From NCBI GenBank assembly GCA_030390025.1, contig CM059449.1, positions 15,438,001 to 15,502,000 on the forward strand: a stretch of DNA of 64,000 bases. The letters are read 5' to 3'. The DNA comes from Squalus acanthias. Its lineage: Eukaryota. The notes under the pieces are model-generated. The model saw nothing but the letters and a program-made list of their open reading frames with translations. It was not told the DNA's origin and ran no database searches. Shown one piece after another: positions 24,801-37,924 of this stretch (position 1 is its first letter; the number at the start of each line of letters is the position of its first letter). The position numbers and the translations under genes are program-made.

Positions 24801-25944
24801 ATCTACTCTTTCCAGACCACTCAATTCCACCCATTGGGGTAGATTTCCGTCTTTACCGCCTGGGCGCTACACGTCTTGTGACGGAAGGAGAAAGGAAAAT
24901 CCTGAGTGAGATTCCCACTCTTCTCATAGAACCCAGCGGATTTCCTTCCAGTGGATTGAATGGGAAGAAAGTCGGGCAAGTGCTGTTAGCGCCAGATTGT
25001 CCTTCCTGCGTTCCGCCCAGGCCATGCCTAAAGCCCACGTGGTAAAGGCAAAGATGTACACCTTAATCACAGCAAGCATGATTGAGCTCTCTCTCAGTAT
25101 CGCAATCAGATAACGAAAGAAAATCATTCATTTTTAAAAAAATATCGCACATTCATGGCCAATTCGTTAACATCCTCGCCTCTGCGTCAAGCTTATGGGT
25201 TGGAGCCTCACTCGAGCATTCCATCATATCATTCTGGCTCATACCCCAGTGCAGCGCTGCATGCTGCAGTTACGGTTCTGTCGATCAGGCATAAAGTTGA
25301 ACATAAGAAGATAAGAAATAGGAGCAGGGATAGGACATCGGCCTTTCGAGCCTGCTCCGCCATTCAATAAGATAATGGCTGATCTTCTACCTCATCTGCA
25401 CTTTCCCACACTATCCCCTTATCCCTTGATGCCCTTCATATTCAAAAATCTATTCATCTGTCTTGAATATACTCAACGACTGAGCCTCCACAGCCCTCTG
25501 GGGTAGAGAATTCCAAAGATTCACCACCCTCTGAGTGAAGATATTTCTCCACATCTCAGTCCTAAATGGCCAACCCCTTATTCTGAAACTGTGACCCCTG
25601 GTTCTAGACTCCCCAGCCAGGGGAAACATCCTCCCTGCATCTACCCTGTCAAGGCCCCTCTCTGTCTGTTCAGTTGATTCAAGTGGCCGTTAAAATTTTC
25701 ATGTTACTAATCTAAGAAGTCCTGGCCAACTGTCCTTTCCAATTAACATCAGCGCCTCGTTTCTGTTCGATCCCTAGCGCCTTGGTTTTCAACTAAGCCC
25801 CGCCACTGTTTGCTTTGTATGCGAGGCGCTATGATATCGTTCCGAGCGAGCGTTGAAGGCGCTGAATTCTCTGACTGAAGTATGGTACAGTCGGTACTTA
25901 CCAGAGACAAGGGTCAGTGCCCACATAACGCATCGGGAATCCAT
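15892..25944 (-). CDS. NCR3: Gene A: NKp30/NCR3-like single V-set Ig receptor with a long Tyr-rich tail (13 well-supported coding exons; possible further exons at 14102-14142 and 9630-9680)
   Basis: Phase-compatible GT-AG exons: leader 25902-25944, V 23249-23590, TM 20704-20820, then microexons 20349-20370, 20210-20247, 19010-19034, 18860-18894, 18613-18634, 18474-18523, 17707-17728, 17570-17604, 16032-16053, 15892-15926, giving one open frame. The symbol denotes family resemblance, not proven orthology. Confidence 0.8.
16690..17450 (+). mobile_element. LINE 3' fragment of a second (L2/Crack/Daphne-like) family
   Basis: MEYSPLAWMSAA..LKKLDTIQ-type C-terminus; other copies at 31940-32610(+), 40465-41015(-), 61215-61755(-), 44020-44340(-) and 54235-54520(-). 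Clade assignment is tentative. Confidence 0.75.
17952..18280. repeat. C-rich low-complexity tract
   Basis: Runs of C3-C7 with degenerate ccccgatgctcc units. Confidence 0.8.
20704..20820 (-). CDS. Gene A stalk and TM exon
   Basis: 117 nt, phase 1-1, cccag acceptor and gtaact donor; QPTTEPTSQSSLSNSLLYTAAGVLVAFLLFSAGYGLTK, with no charged residue in the hydrophobic core. Confidence 0.85.
21190..21925 (+). mobile_element. CR1 LINE 3' fragment
   Basis: QRRFTRLIP..NFFTQRVVNLWNSLP and a (tttctatg)n tail. Confidence 0.88.
21962..22022 (+). repeat. (GA)n microsatellite
   Basis: Directly visible. Confidence 0.9.
22152..22665. other. Assembly gap (N run) followed by a TG-rich microsatellite 22666-22740
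   Basis: N run. Confidence 1.
23249..23590 (-). CDS. Gene A V-set Ig exon
   Basis: 342 nt, phase 1-1; LNC..KW..GPEV...EFSGRL...DASITIKDVRHYDSGLYYCKVQLLG...GPGTKLDV resembles human NKp30 (GKEV..PEFRGRL..AELHIRDVRGHDASIYVCRVEVLGLG..GNGTRLVV). Confidence 0.93.
23945..24800 (-). mobile_element. CR1 LINE 3' fragments
   Basis: FINRGIEYKS..LEYCVQFW. Confidence 0.8.
25300..25655 (-). mobile_element. CR1 LINE 3' end
   Basis: Near-identical to 14410-14770 and 27250-27600. Confidence 0.85.
25902..25944 (-). CDS. Gene A signal-peptide exon (MDSRCVMWALTLVS-G)
   Basis: ATG at 25944, 43 nt, phase-1 donor G|gtaagt; same length and WA motif as the gene C leader. Confidence 0.8.
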
Positions 25945-26044
25945 CTGGTCCTTCACTGCACTGACAGTGAACTCAGAAATAAACGGATGCACCAAGCTGT
26001 CGGGGGACTGGCAGTGCGAGTTGAAAAAAGTAACTCTTTCCGTC

Positions 26045-26069
26045 AAAGTGAAAGTGACGCAATGGAAAA
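26045..26069. promoter_or_regulatory. Putative gene A promoter motifs (IRF/ISRE AAAGTGAAAGTGA, TGACGCAA, TGGAAAA)
   Basis: Consensus matches 100-125 bp upstream of the leader ATG; motif match only. Confidence 0.45.
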
Positions 26070-26659
26070 GGGGAGTGAGAGTAGGGATTGTGTGTGTCCG
26101 CTCTTTGCTCTCTCCCTCCCTCGTGTGCACATGCGTTTGCGCATTTCATAACTAGCTAAATGTTTCCTCTCGTATACTTAGCGTGAATAACTCCGCACCT
26201 CCGGGATTCTGAAATCTAGGAATGAAGGCATTGCAATCTATTTCATATCCTGAAGATTGTTTCACACGAAGCTTGAAAAAGAAGTTGGGTCGCTTCATGA
26301 TTTCCTGTTGCCACTCAGAGCGCTCGCGCTGCTAATTATTGGGTTGACGCCCCGACTCTCAAATATGCAATTCAGCCACTTTTCCCACACATATCACAAA
26401 GGTTTTAGTTTCATTAAGATGTGGATATAACGTTTTCAACTCAATGCATTGTCGGCTGAGGACTCGTGTGACGGTCTGCAAAACCTTAGCGACATCAGTA
26501 GACAAGATGAAACCCATTGCTAGTGGTGTTAAATAGAGAGTGAAGTGAAGGTCAGCAATGTAAAAATTCTGATATATATACAAACATATATATAGACCAA
26601 AATTTACACCCTGCATATTACAGCACACATCGCTGATCATATATATGTGTATGTGTGTG

Positions 26660-28245
26660 TAAAATTATGAAGCGCCTAGATAGAGTGGATAGGAAGGGCC
26701 TATTTCCTTTAATCAGTAACCAGGGAGCATAGTTAGGTCTTAGCTAAAATACTGTGTACCGTTCTGGTCACCACATTACAGGATAAATGTGATTGCACCA
26801 GAGAGGGTACAGAGAAGATTTACGAGGATGTTGCCAGGACTGGAGAATTTTAGCTCTGAGGAAAGATTGGATAGACTGAGGTTGTTTTCTTTGAAACAGA
26901 GGAGGCTGAGGGGAGATTTAATTGAGGTGTATAAAATTATGAGGGGCCAAGATAGAGTGAATATTTCCTTTAGCAGATCGGTCAATAACCAGGGGGCACT
27001 GGTTTAAGGCAATTGATGGAAGGATTACTGGGGAGTTGAGGAGAATGTTTTTCACCCAGAGGGTGGTGGGGGTCTGGAACTCATTGCTTGAAAGGTTGTT
27101 AGATGCATTTAAAAAGTACATTTAAAATCACATCACATTTAAAAAGTACTTGGATATGCACTTGAAGTGCTGTAACTTACAAGGCTACGGACCAACAGCT
27201 GGAACGTGGGGTTAGGCTGGATAGCTCTTTTTCGGTCGGCACGGACATAAGAACGTAAGAAATAGGAGCAGAATTCGGCCATTTGGCCCTTCAAGCCTGC
27301 TCTGCCATTCAATAAGATCTTGGCTGATCTTCTACCTCATCTCCACTTTCCTGAGCTATCCCCATATCCCTTGATCCCCTTAATATTCAAAAATCTATCG
27401 ATCTCTGTCTTGAATATACTCAACGACTGAGCCTCCACAGCCCTCTGGGGTAGAGAATTCCAAAGATTCACCACCCTCTGAGTGAAGAAATTTTTCCTCA
27501 TCTCAGTCCTAAATGGCCGTCCCCTTATTCTGAGACTGTGACCCCTGGTTCTAGACTCCCCAGCCTGGGGAAACATCCTCCCTGCATCTACCCTGTCGAG
27601 CCCTGTAAACATGTATGTTTCAATGAGATCACCTCTCATTCTTCTAAACTCTAGAGAATATAGCCCTAGTCTACTGAATCTCTCCTCATAGGACAATCCC
27701 CCCATCCCAGGAACCAGTCTGGCGAACCTTCGCTGCACTCCCTCTATGGCAAGTAGATCCTTCCTTAGGTAAGGAGACCAAAACTGTACACAATACTCCA
27801 GGTGTGGTCTCACCAGGGCCCGATATAATTGCAGTAAGACGTCTTTACTTTTATACTCAAATCCTCTTGTAATAAAGGCCAACATACCATTTGTTTTCCT
27901 AATTGCTTGCTGTACCTGCATGTTAACTTACAGTGATTCGTGTACAAGGACACCCAGGTCCCTCTGAACACCAACATTTCCCAATCTCTCACCATTTAAA
28001 AAAAACTCTGCTTTTCTATTTTTCCTACCAAAGTGGATACCTTCACATTTCTCCACATTATATTCCATTTGCCCATTCACTTCGCCTGTCTATATCCCCT
28101 TGAAGCCTCATTGCATCCTCCTCAGAACTTACATTCCCACCCAGCTTTGTTTCATCAGCAAACTTGGATATATTTCATTTGGTCCCCTCACGAGGCGTTG
28201 AATGGCCTCCTTCTGTGCCGTAAACCTTTATGATTCTATGATATA
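26660..28245. mobile_element. Plus-strand CR1 interrupted by a minus-strand CR1 (~27247-28190)
   Basis: ORFs 26789-27007(+) and 27337-27921(-); the host tail resumes at ~28190. Confidence 0.82.
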
Positions 28246-30074
28246 CAATCAACATTTTCACTTTATTATGCGGTGGGTCGATTTTGATCTATACTGCCTG
28301 AGCGTTAACTATCGCCGGGGAGGAATGCAGAGAGGAAAGTCGGACTGAGAAAATCCTTCTTGGTAATGGAGCTCGTCCTGCATTCTTTCCATTTAGCGAA
28401 ATGGAATTGGAATGGGTGTGGGGAGGAATGGAGGTGGTGACTGGTGTGCGACCCTCTTACTCCCAAGTACTCCCGTCCCCAGTTTGTCCTTTACACACTG
28501 CCCAGACAGTACTTAACGCTCAGGGGGTCAAGACCAGACACTTCACCCACAGAAGCTACACCACAGTTGTGACAACTCAGAGTAATTGCCTGTTTATAAA
28601 GCGCTTCCAGATGTTTTCGAAGCCCTGATAGGGTTCTACCTAAATTCAAGTAGTTACATTGGTTTTGGTTACACAAGATTGCTTTCGTTGTGGCTGCTGT
28701 TTACATCAGATGAATAATTGCTGTTTCATTAATGACCTGATTGGTATTTGAGTCCAATCCTATTGCACTTTGAATGCAATTTGGAATTGTGCGCACTGGC
28801 ATTAACTTTGCTGAAACTCAGTGGTGAAGACAGGGGAACGGTAGCGTAGTGGTTATGCTACTGGACTAGTAATCCAGAGGCCTGGACTAATAATCCGGAG
28901 ACAGGAGTTCAGAATCCCACCATGGCAGCTGGGGAATTTAAATTCAGTCAATTAAATAAATCTGGCATAAAACGCTAGTATCCATACTGGATAGTTGTAA
29001 AAACCCACCTAGTTCACTAATGTCCTTTAGGTAATCCTTACCTATATGTGACTCCAGACCCACGGCAATGTGGTTGACATCTTCTGAAATGGCAGCGCAA
29101 GCCACTCAGTTGGACCAAACCGCTACAATCCAAGTCACTGTTGGAATGACCTTCACCACATGGGAGGCGGCTCAAGGGCAATGAGGGATGGGCAATAAAT
29201 GCTGGCCTTGCCAGCGACGCCCACATCCCAGGAATGAATAGTAATACCGCTGTGTTCTGGCTCACGATGGCGTGTGACAAAGGACAAACGCCATTCCCGC
29301 GGGGCTTCGAGCGGTCTTCAGACCGGAGATCCAGAGACCGCCCCCCCCTCCCCGTCCCGCGGAATTTGTCTTGTTTGCACCCTGTGCGGTGAACTGCAAA
29401 CTGACGCTGAGACGTGTTTTATTTGGTTGCTGCAATTGAGCAATTGCAACATACCAGAGCCTAGAGTCAACTGTAAATGCGTGCTTACCATTTGACAGTC
29501 TGAATTCCGAGCAGAGTATTTAAAGCACCACGGATGCAGGCTGTCAAAAATACTCAGCGAAGCTAACACGCTCAGCAATTCTGAGAAATTAGAAGCGCTT
29601 TCAACGCTCCAGCTTATTTAAACATACGAGATACGTGCAAAATAGCACCTGTTCTCTGTTCCATGGTTACCGTGGTATTTACAGCTAAAGGAAGCGGAAC
29701 GAAGAAACATTCTGGTGCAAATTAGTAAGGCAGGCGTGCAGTAGTCGAACCCGGATGGAATGCATATTGAGGCCAGTCGAAAGAGAAACACGTGGGTTTC
29801 CATCATTTTACATGGGAGCGAGAAATAAGGAAAGTATTTAACCGGGAAAGACCATGAGGTGTGTCAGGCCCGCTGGTCCCACGGCCCTATCATATTGCGG
29901 ATGCGATCCCACACATTTCATCTCCTGAGAGAGAGAGAGAGAGTTCGTCATAAATAATCCTTATTCCCATTGTAAAAACTGAAGTATAGTTATCCATTCA
30001 CTGCGCACATTGTCCTTATCAGCACCCACTAGCATAGGAACCACGCTGTCCACTCCCAGCTTCCGAACAGTTAT

Positions 30075-30910
30075 TTTTTTTATTCTTTCAAGGGATGTGG
30101 GCATCGCTGGCAAGGCCAGCATTTATTGCCCATCCCTAATTGCCCTTGAGAAGGATGGTGGTGAGCCGCCTTCTTGAACCGCTGCAGTCAAGGTACATCC
30201 ACATTGCTTTTCGTAGCAGTTCCTTACATTTTAGAGGACACTGATAGTCAAACACAATGCTGTGGGTCTGGAGTCACATATAGGCCAGGCCACATAAGGA
30301 CGGCAGATTTCCTTCCCTAAAGGGGCATTCGTGAAGTAGATGGTTTTTTTTCAGGAGAATCCAATAGTTTTGTGTCACCATTACTGATACTAGCTTTTTA
30401 TTCCAGATTTATTTAATTTAATTGAATTCAAATTCCCCAGTTGCCGTGGTGGGGTTTGAGCTCACATCACCAGAGCATTAGTCCAGGTCGCTGGATTACT
30501 AGTCCAGTAGCATAACCACTATGCTACCGTTCCCTAAATATGTTTGTGCATGCACCTGATTATTTGTGTGTGGCTATATGTATTTGCGAGTGTCTGTGTG
30601 AGTGTTTCTTTCTATGTGTGTAGGTGTTTGAATTCTGGGACTGTTAGGTTTCATTTCATGCCTTTCCTGGTTGGCTTTCTGTTGAATTATAACTAATATT
30701 TTAGTCCCAGCTCTATTGAATTTCGATTTTCAACTTGCCGCGCCTGTGTGTAAACCTGGTATTTGGGATGGGCCGCACCTGTGTGTCAAGTTGAGAATCT
30801 ACCGCACATCTTCAAGAAAAAAAGTTGGGCCGTCCAACCTCGTTTCTGCTTTAGATTTTTACATCCAACAGAGCGAACTTTTTACATGATAATCTACCTG
30901 AAAAAGTAAA
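30075..30910 (-). pseudogene. Relic terminal exon and 3' UTR of a gene C paralogue
   Basis: Colinear with 50128-50987 (SINE plus unique sequence); acceptor retained, but TAC of YIIM* reads TAG. Confidence 0.65.
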
Positions 30911-30930
30911 TCAGTCTTCCACTGTTGATG

Positions 30931-31160
30931 CCTCTCTCTATCACAACACTCACTCTCACTATTATCTATCTCCCTCTGCTGGTGTCTCTCTGTATCACAG
31001 CACTCACTCTCACCTTTACCTATCTCCCTCTGCTGGTGTCTCTCTGTATCACAGCAACACTCAGTCAGGCACTAAACTGATGCACAGGTACATTGCTCAG
31101 ACCGGCAGCCAATGAGTACAGCCAGACACTGAACTGATGCACAGGTACATTGCTCAGATC
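30931..31160 (+). repeat. Two adjacent short tandem duplications (unit ~55-60 bp)
   Basis: ctctctgtatcacagcactcactctcac.. x~2.3 and cact.aactgatgcacaggtacattgctcaga x2. Confidence 0.8.
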
Positions 31161-33249
31161 TTCCTTTCATTCAATCACTTGCATTTTCCTATTTCCTAAT
31201 TTCCTTTTAATCTGCCCTTTGTATTTTATGTGACCTCTCTTGTTTATAACCTCTCTTTTGGATGACCAACCCCATCTGTCCTGCCTTTCCTTTTGCTTGT
31301 TTTGCCCCATCTCCCTCATTTCCTTTACAATTATCAGATTGCCCCATTGCCATGTCCTGGCTTAGAGCACCGCGCTCTCTGTGTGTGAGTCCCTGAGCTT
31401 CAGTCAGCCTCAGTCTCTCTGTCCCTGTGTCCCTGTCAGTCCCTCTCCCTTACGCAGGCAGTGTTTAATCGACCCTCACATTCTCCATTTGTGTTACACA
31501 CAACAGTTCCCATCCCTTTACCCAAATGCATGGCTTCAGGGGTGATTCAAATGGGGAAGAGTCAGCACAACCCTTATTAAACTGTTGCCATTCTGTGACT
31601 TTACAAATACACAGCTCTGCCTTTCTCCCTCTGCTGGTCACTTTTGTGGTCACTTCGTGGTCACTTTCACCCAGTGACCACGAAGGAATAGCGATTGAGG
31701 GTAAATTTAACCAACCTCGCTGAGCGGGAATCTCAGGGTGGAATGCCAGTTTTACACCCCGCCCAATATTACACACCATTGACTTCAATGCAGAGTAAAA
31801 GCGGATGCGTTGTAAAAACACATCTGGTTCACTGATGTCATTCAGGGAAGGAAATCTGCCGTCCTTAACCGGTCTGGCCTATAATTGACTCCAGATCCAC
31901 AGCAATGTAGTTGACTCTTCACTGCCCTCTGAAATGGTGGCTCATCAACATCCCGGGGGTTACCATTGAACAGAAACTTAACTGGACCAGCCACATAAAT
32001 ACTGTGGCAACAAGAGCAGGTCGGAGGCTGGGTATTCTGCGGCGGAGTGTTTCATCTCCTGACTCCCCAAAGCCTTTCCACCATCCACAAGGCATAAGTC
32101 AGGAGTGTGATGGAATACTCTCCACTTGCCTCGATGAGTGCAGCTCCAACAACACTCAAGAAGCTCGACACCATCCAAGACAAAGCAGCCCACCCACCAT
32201 CTTAAATATTCACTCCCTCCAGCACCAGCGTACTTTGGCTGCAGTGTGCACCATCTACAAGATGCACTGCAGCAACTCGCCAAGGCTTCTTCGGCAGCAC
32301 CTCCCAAACCCGCAACCTCTACTAACTAGAAAGACAAGGACAGCAGGCGCATGGGAACACCACTACCTCCAAGTTCCCCTCCAAGTCACACACCATCCTG
32401 ACTTGGAAGTATATCGCCGTTCCATCATCGTCACTGGTTCAAAATCCAGGAACTCCCTCCCTAACAGCACTGTGGGAGTACCTCCACCACACGGACTGCA
32501 GCGATTCAAGATGGCGGCTCACCACCACCTTCTCAAGGGCTATTAGGGGTGGGCAATAAATGCTGGTCTTGCCGGCGACGCCCACACCCCAGGAATGAAT
32601 TAAAAAAACAACATTGCACCCGATCCCGTCGATTTCCCGATGGGTGGGTTAGGGTAAAATTGCTGAGTATTATATGTGTCTAAGACAAGGAGGGTGTGTG
32701 ACTTGCAGGAGAACTTGGAGGTGATGGTGTTCCCATGCACCTACTGCCCTTCTAGGTGATGGATGCCATGGGTTTGGGAGGTGCTGCTGAAGAAGCCTTG
32801 CCAGTGCATTCAGGAGATCGGACGCACTGCAGCTGCCCTACGCCTGGGCGATGGAGGGGGTGAATGTTTAGGCAAGTGAATACGGTGTCAATCAAGCAAA
32901 CTTCTTTGTCCTGGGTGGTGTGGAGCTTCCTGAGTTTTACTGCAGCTGCATCCATCAGAGCAAGTGGAGAGTACATCAACACTCCTGAGTTGTTATTCTA
33001 TTTAGATGTCTTCTACTTCATTTCAGCTGCTGCCTGGATTGCGGTGGAATACTCGACTTCCGCAGGGCACAAAAACGGGCGGTGGCATATCGGCATTGAT
33101 ATCAAAAATAAAATTAGGTGGGGTTTATTACAGGCTACCGATCCGCCACTGCCCGTTTTCCGCTCCCAAAGGAAGTTGAGCTTTGACCCTGCTGTTCTTT
33201 TTCCAGGTGCTCTCTCCTATTTGTAACTACAGTGTTGATTTATCCCAGT

Positions 33250-35235
33250 ATAGGCTCCAGAAAAAGCAGCAAATCTGAGGATTGGGAGCAGTTTAGGATT
33301 CAGCAAACGAGGACAAAGGGATTAATTAAGAGGGGGAAAATAGAATATGAGAGTAAGCTTTCAGGGAACATAAAAACTGACTGTAAAAGCTTCTATAGAT
33401 ATGTGAAGAGAAAAAGATGGGTGAAGTCAAGCGCAGGACCCTTGCAGTCAGAATCAGGGGAATTTATAATGGAGAACAAAGAAATTGCAGACCAATTAAA
33501 TACATACTTTGGTTATGCCTTCACAAAAGAGGACACAAATAAACTCCCAGAGATGTCGGGGAACATAGGGTCTAATGAGAGGGAGGAATTGAATGAAATC
33601 AGTATTTGTAGGAAAATGGTGTTAGGGAAATTAACGGGATCGAAGGCCGATAAATCCCCAGGGCCTGATAATCTACATCCTAGGGTACTTAAGGAAGTGG
33701 CCCTAGAAATAGTAGATGCATTGCTGGTCATCTTTCAAAATTCTATAGACTCTGGAACAGTTCCAATGGATTGGAGGGTAGCTAATGTAACCCCACTATT
33801 TAAAAAAGGTGGTAGAGAAAAAACGGGGAATTTTCGACCGGTAAGCCTGACATCGGTAGTGGGCAAAATGCTAGAGTCCATTATAAAAGATGTAATAGCA
33901 GAGCACTTGGAAAACAGTGACAGGATCGGACAAAGTCAACATGGATTTACAATAGGTAAATCATGCCTGACTAATCTACTGGAATTTTTTGAAGGATGTA
34001 ACTGGTAGAATAGATAAGGGAGAACCAGTGGATGTGGTGTATTTGGACTTTCAGAAGGCTTTCGATAAGGTCCCGCATAAGAGATTAGCGTGCAAAGTTA
34101 AAGGACATCGGATTGGGGGTAAGGTACTGATTTGGATAGAGAACTGGTTGGCAGACAGGAAGCAAAGAGTTGGAATAAACGGGTCTTTTTCCGAGTGTCA
34201 GGCAGTGACTAGTGGGGTACCGCAGGGATCAGTGCTAGGACCCCAGCTATTCACAATATATATTAATGATCTAGACGAGGGAACTAGATGTAATATCTCT
34301 AAGTTTGCAGACGACACAAAGCTGGGTGGGCGTGTGTGCTGTGAGGAGGATGCAGAGAAACTCCAGTATGAATTGGACAGGTTGGGTAATTGGGCAGGTG
34401 CATGGCAGATGCAGTATAATGTGGATAAATGCGAGGTTATCCACTTTGGTGGCTAAAACAGGGAGACAGATTATTATCTGTACGGCAATAGATTGGGAAA
34501 AGGGGAAGTGCAACGAGATCTGGGAGTCCTTGTGCACCAGTCGCTGAAAGTAAGCATGCAGGTGCAGCAGGCGGTTAAGAAAGCAAATGGTATGTTGGCC
34601 TTCATAGCGAGAGGATTCGAGTACAGGAGCAAGGATGTCTGGCTGCAGTTGTACAAGGCCTTGGTGAGACCACACCTTGAGTATTGTGTGCAGTTTTGGT
34701 CGCCTTATCTGAGGAAGGATGTTCTTGCCATGGAGGGAGTGCAGCGAAGATTTACCAGGCTGATACCTGGGATGGCAGGAATGACGTATGATGAGAGATT
34801 GGGTCGATTAGGCTTATATTCGCTAGAGTTTAGAAGAATGAGAGTGGATCTCATTGAAACTTATAAAATTCTAACATGACTAGACAGACCAGATGCAGGA
34901 AGGATGTTCCCGATGGCGGGGGAGTCCAGAACCAGAGGTCACAGTCTAAGGATAAGGGGTAAGCCATTTAGGACTGAGATGAGGAGGAATTTCTTCACCC
35001 AGAGAGTGGTGAACCTGTGGAATTCTCTACCACAGAATGCAGGTGAGGCCAATTCATTAAATATATTCAAGAAGGAGATATATTTATTTCTTAAGCCTAA
35101 AGGGATCAAGGGATTTTGAGGGAAAGCAGGGACAGGGTACTGAATTTGGATGATCAGCCATGATCTCATTAAATGGCGGAGCAGGCTCGAGGGGCCGAAT
35201 GGCCTACTCCAGCTCCTATCTTCTATGCTTCTATG
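33250..35235 (+). mobile_element. 5'-truncated CR1 LINE, ~2 kb of ORF2 and 3' UTR
   Basis: KSPGPD..HPRVLKE, YLDFQKAFDKV, GVPQGSVLGP, KFADD; few stops. Confidence 0.93.
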
Positions 35236-35882
35236 GTCGTCCTACCGCAGCATTACAGTCTCTTGGGTCAGATAACTCTTAAAAGTACACGTTGTTTAAA
35301 AAAAGGTTGGGCTAGAATAAGTAGCAAAAAGCTGATCATGTCCATCCGGTCGAAAGCGCTCTGAAAGTGAAAGGCATGCTGTTGCATTTACACAACTGGG
35401 CTCAGCACCAATGGGCCAGAAATTGATCTGGCTCCGTTCCCGCGGGTGTAAGGAGCAGGCGCGGTAATACATACCGCGTCTGCCGTTTCTTCTTTTCCAC
35501 GGAGAAAATTCATCTTTGGCTGATTGAGTGCAGGGCAGCGTATGACGTCACACTGCCCTGCAGCGCAGCGTGCGCGTTGCATCGCGTGCGTTGTGGAGTG
35601 AAGACACGCCCATTAAGGTCTCTTTTCCATAGGCCACGCCCCCGATTTTTTTCTCCAGTGAAACCATTGTACAGCTGCTGAAGACACAGTTTTCTCACTG
35701 TTTCAGGTGGAATTTGCAGTAAGTAGGTTTTAAATGCATGGTTTTGTAAACTTTTAAAGATTTTTAGTATAATTTGAGTAATGTTAAACATTTGCAAAGA
35801 GATTTAAAGTAATTTAAGTAGTTTTAAAAGTACAGAAATCATTTTTTTCAGAGAATTAACTGTTTATAATCAGCAAACGAAA

Positions 35883-37433
35883 ATGGCTGCTATCAGCACT
35901 ATCCAATTTATCAAAAGAACACAGAATTTCAGTGATGATGATCTCCGTACACTTCTTGACGAGGTAGAATCGAAACGTTCACGGATAATTGGAACTCAGA
36001 AGTCCAAGCCGCCGCGAAAAGGCCAAATGGCAGCGTGGAAAGAGGTTGCTCAAAGTGTGAGCGCAACCTCGACCATTCCACGTGCAGCTGAGCAATGTCG
36101 CAAAAAATTCAGCGATTTATATCGAACGCTGAAGGTTTGTATAGTTATAACAAAAGTCAATGTTAAAATGTCTTTACATTTAAAATGAAAAGCCTTGAAA
36201 AAGTGTTTGTTTGCTTAGCTGAGTTAACTGAAGTCACAAGATGCTACCATAAATTTTTATGGCTTTTGTAGCCAGGCAAGTCTCATAAAATGCTAATGTC
36301 ATCTTGATTGAAATGCTTTGAGTTGCTTACTGAGTTAACTGTGTGAGTGCCAATGCAGTTTTGGTGTAAAAACCCTTACATTTCAGATTTTCATTTTCAA
36401 TTTTAGAGTAAAACTGCTCACAACGCCAGAGAACGTTCACTGACAGGCGGTGGTGTTGTCATGTTAAGGGCTTTAACCGAACATGAGGAAAGGCTCGAGC
36501 ATATCTTTGGATATCTTAGCGGATGTCCCTTTGGAAATGAACGATTCGACAAAGGTGATGTGTGCTGAATAGCTTCTGTGATGTGGCACATCATGCTTTA
36601 CCTTTGCTAATCTTTCATGTTTCCTTTACATAGGTTTAGAGCATACTTCTCAGTCACGGGATGAGCAGTGCGTTGAGTCTGCAGCCGAAGAGGTCATTGG
36701 TGAAGGGCATGTTGAGCCAGTGGGAGATGCGAGTGAGGTGTTGGTGGAGGAGCAGCAGGAGGAAGTTTTTGCTGAATTAAACATGGAGATTCTGGAATCT
36801 GGGTTGCAGGAGAGGTCCTCTCAATCTTCCTCTCCAACTCCTGGCCCCTCTGGCTCTGTGCCAAACAGACAGCAGCTTGATACTACAGTGCCTGTGGGAG
36901 ACACAGATATATATGCAGCAGAACAGGAGATGCATGGTGACATCCACCAACTTGTAGGCTTGACTCAATCGATCTCTTCTATTTCAGAGAAAGAAGTTGA
37001 TTGTCTTACCTTGGTCAAGCAGGGAGTTCAAAATGTGGGAATGGAGCTTAAGAATATAAATGAGTCTCTTGAAGGACTGTTGCAGAAACCCGATGTGGGA
37101 GTGCAGCTTAGTAAAATAAATGAGTCTCTTGAAGGAATGTTGCAGAAACCCGATGTGGGAGTGCAGCTTAGTAAAATAAATGATTCTCTTGAAGGAATGT
37201 TGCAGAAACCCGATGTGGGAGTGCAGCTTAGTAAATTAAATGAGTCTCTTGAAGGACTGGTGGGAGTGCAGCTTAGTAAAATAAATGAGTCTCTTGAAGG
37301 ACTCATGTGAATAATTTCTGCTGCAATTACTGTGACTCCATCAGAACCAACCTTACCTGCTCCCAGCGCAGAATCAGTGCAGGTCCAAGAGCCACCAACG
37401 ATGATGCAATCAAGAAAGCGCAAGAGACGTTAG
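35883..37433 (+). pseudogene. Harbinger Myb/SANT-like DNA-binding gene (exons 35883-36134, 36407-36554, 36634-37433) with premature TGA at 37308-37310
   Basis: NFSDDDLRTLLDEV..AWKEVA..RAAEQCRKKFSDL, then HNARERSLTGGG; the frame continues past the TGA to RKRKRR*. Confidence 0.85.
37033..37305 (+). repeat. 60-bp coding tandem repeat (~4.5 units; DVGVQLSKINESLEGMLQKP)
   Basis: Directly visible period-60 repeat; last unit shortened to 42 bp. Confidence 0.95.
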
Positions 37434-37924
37434 GGTGTTGCATGTTCCACAATGCACATCCATTGACCCTCAGGAATAGTTTATTTGTGGTTAAATTTTT
37501 CAAGTGTTTACTTTTTAGTTTTATTTAAAACTTACATGTTTACATTTTTCTTTATTTATATATATATTTGACACTGAAACTGAAAGTTATCTTTTCATTG
37601 AAAAAGTACAGCCTTTAGTCACTTTATAAAAATTCAAATTGTTTATTTTCACAAAAAAATTGAACATTTAAACTTGTTTACATATAGGAAAGAGTTATTT
37701 CCCATCTTGAATGTCTTTACTGCATTAACGAAGCAAAAAAGTTACTGAGAACTGTTAACAAATTTTTGAAAAACCTATTTCTGTTTACGATTGTTTACAA
37801 AGTTGAAAAGTAGCTAGTTTACATTGAAAAGTTATAAACTATGTAAAGCAACAATGAACCTCAGAAGTCTGTAATGCTGCAATAAAAGAGCACTGTTTCA
37901 CTTTAAATTGTGTCTGTACCTTTA

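Noticed and set aside
37033-37305. CRISPR-like array
   Set aside because: Contiguous coding tandem repeat without unique spacers, in eukaryotic DNA.
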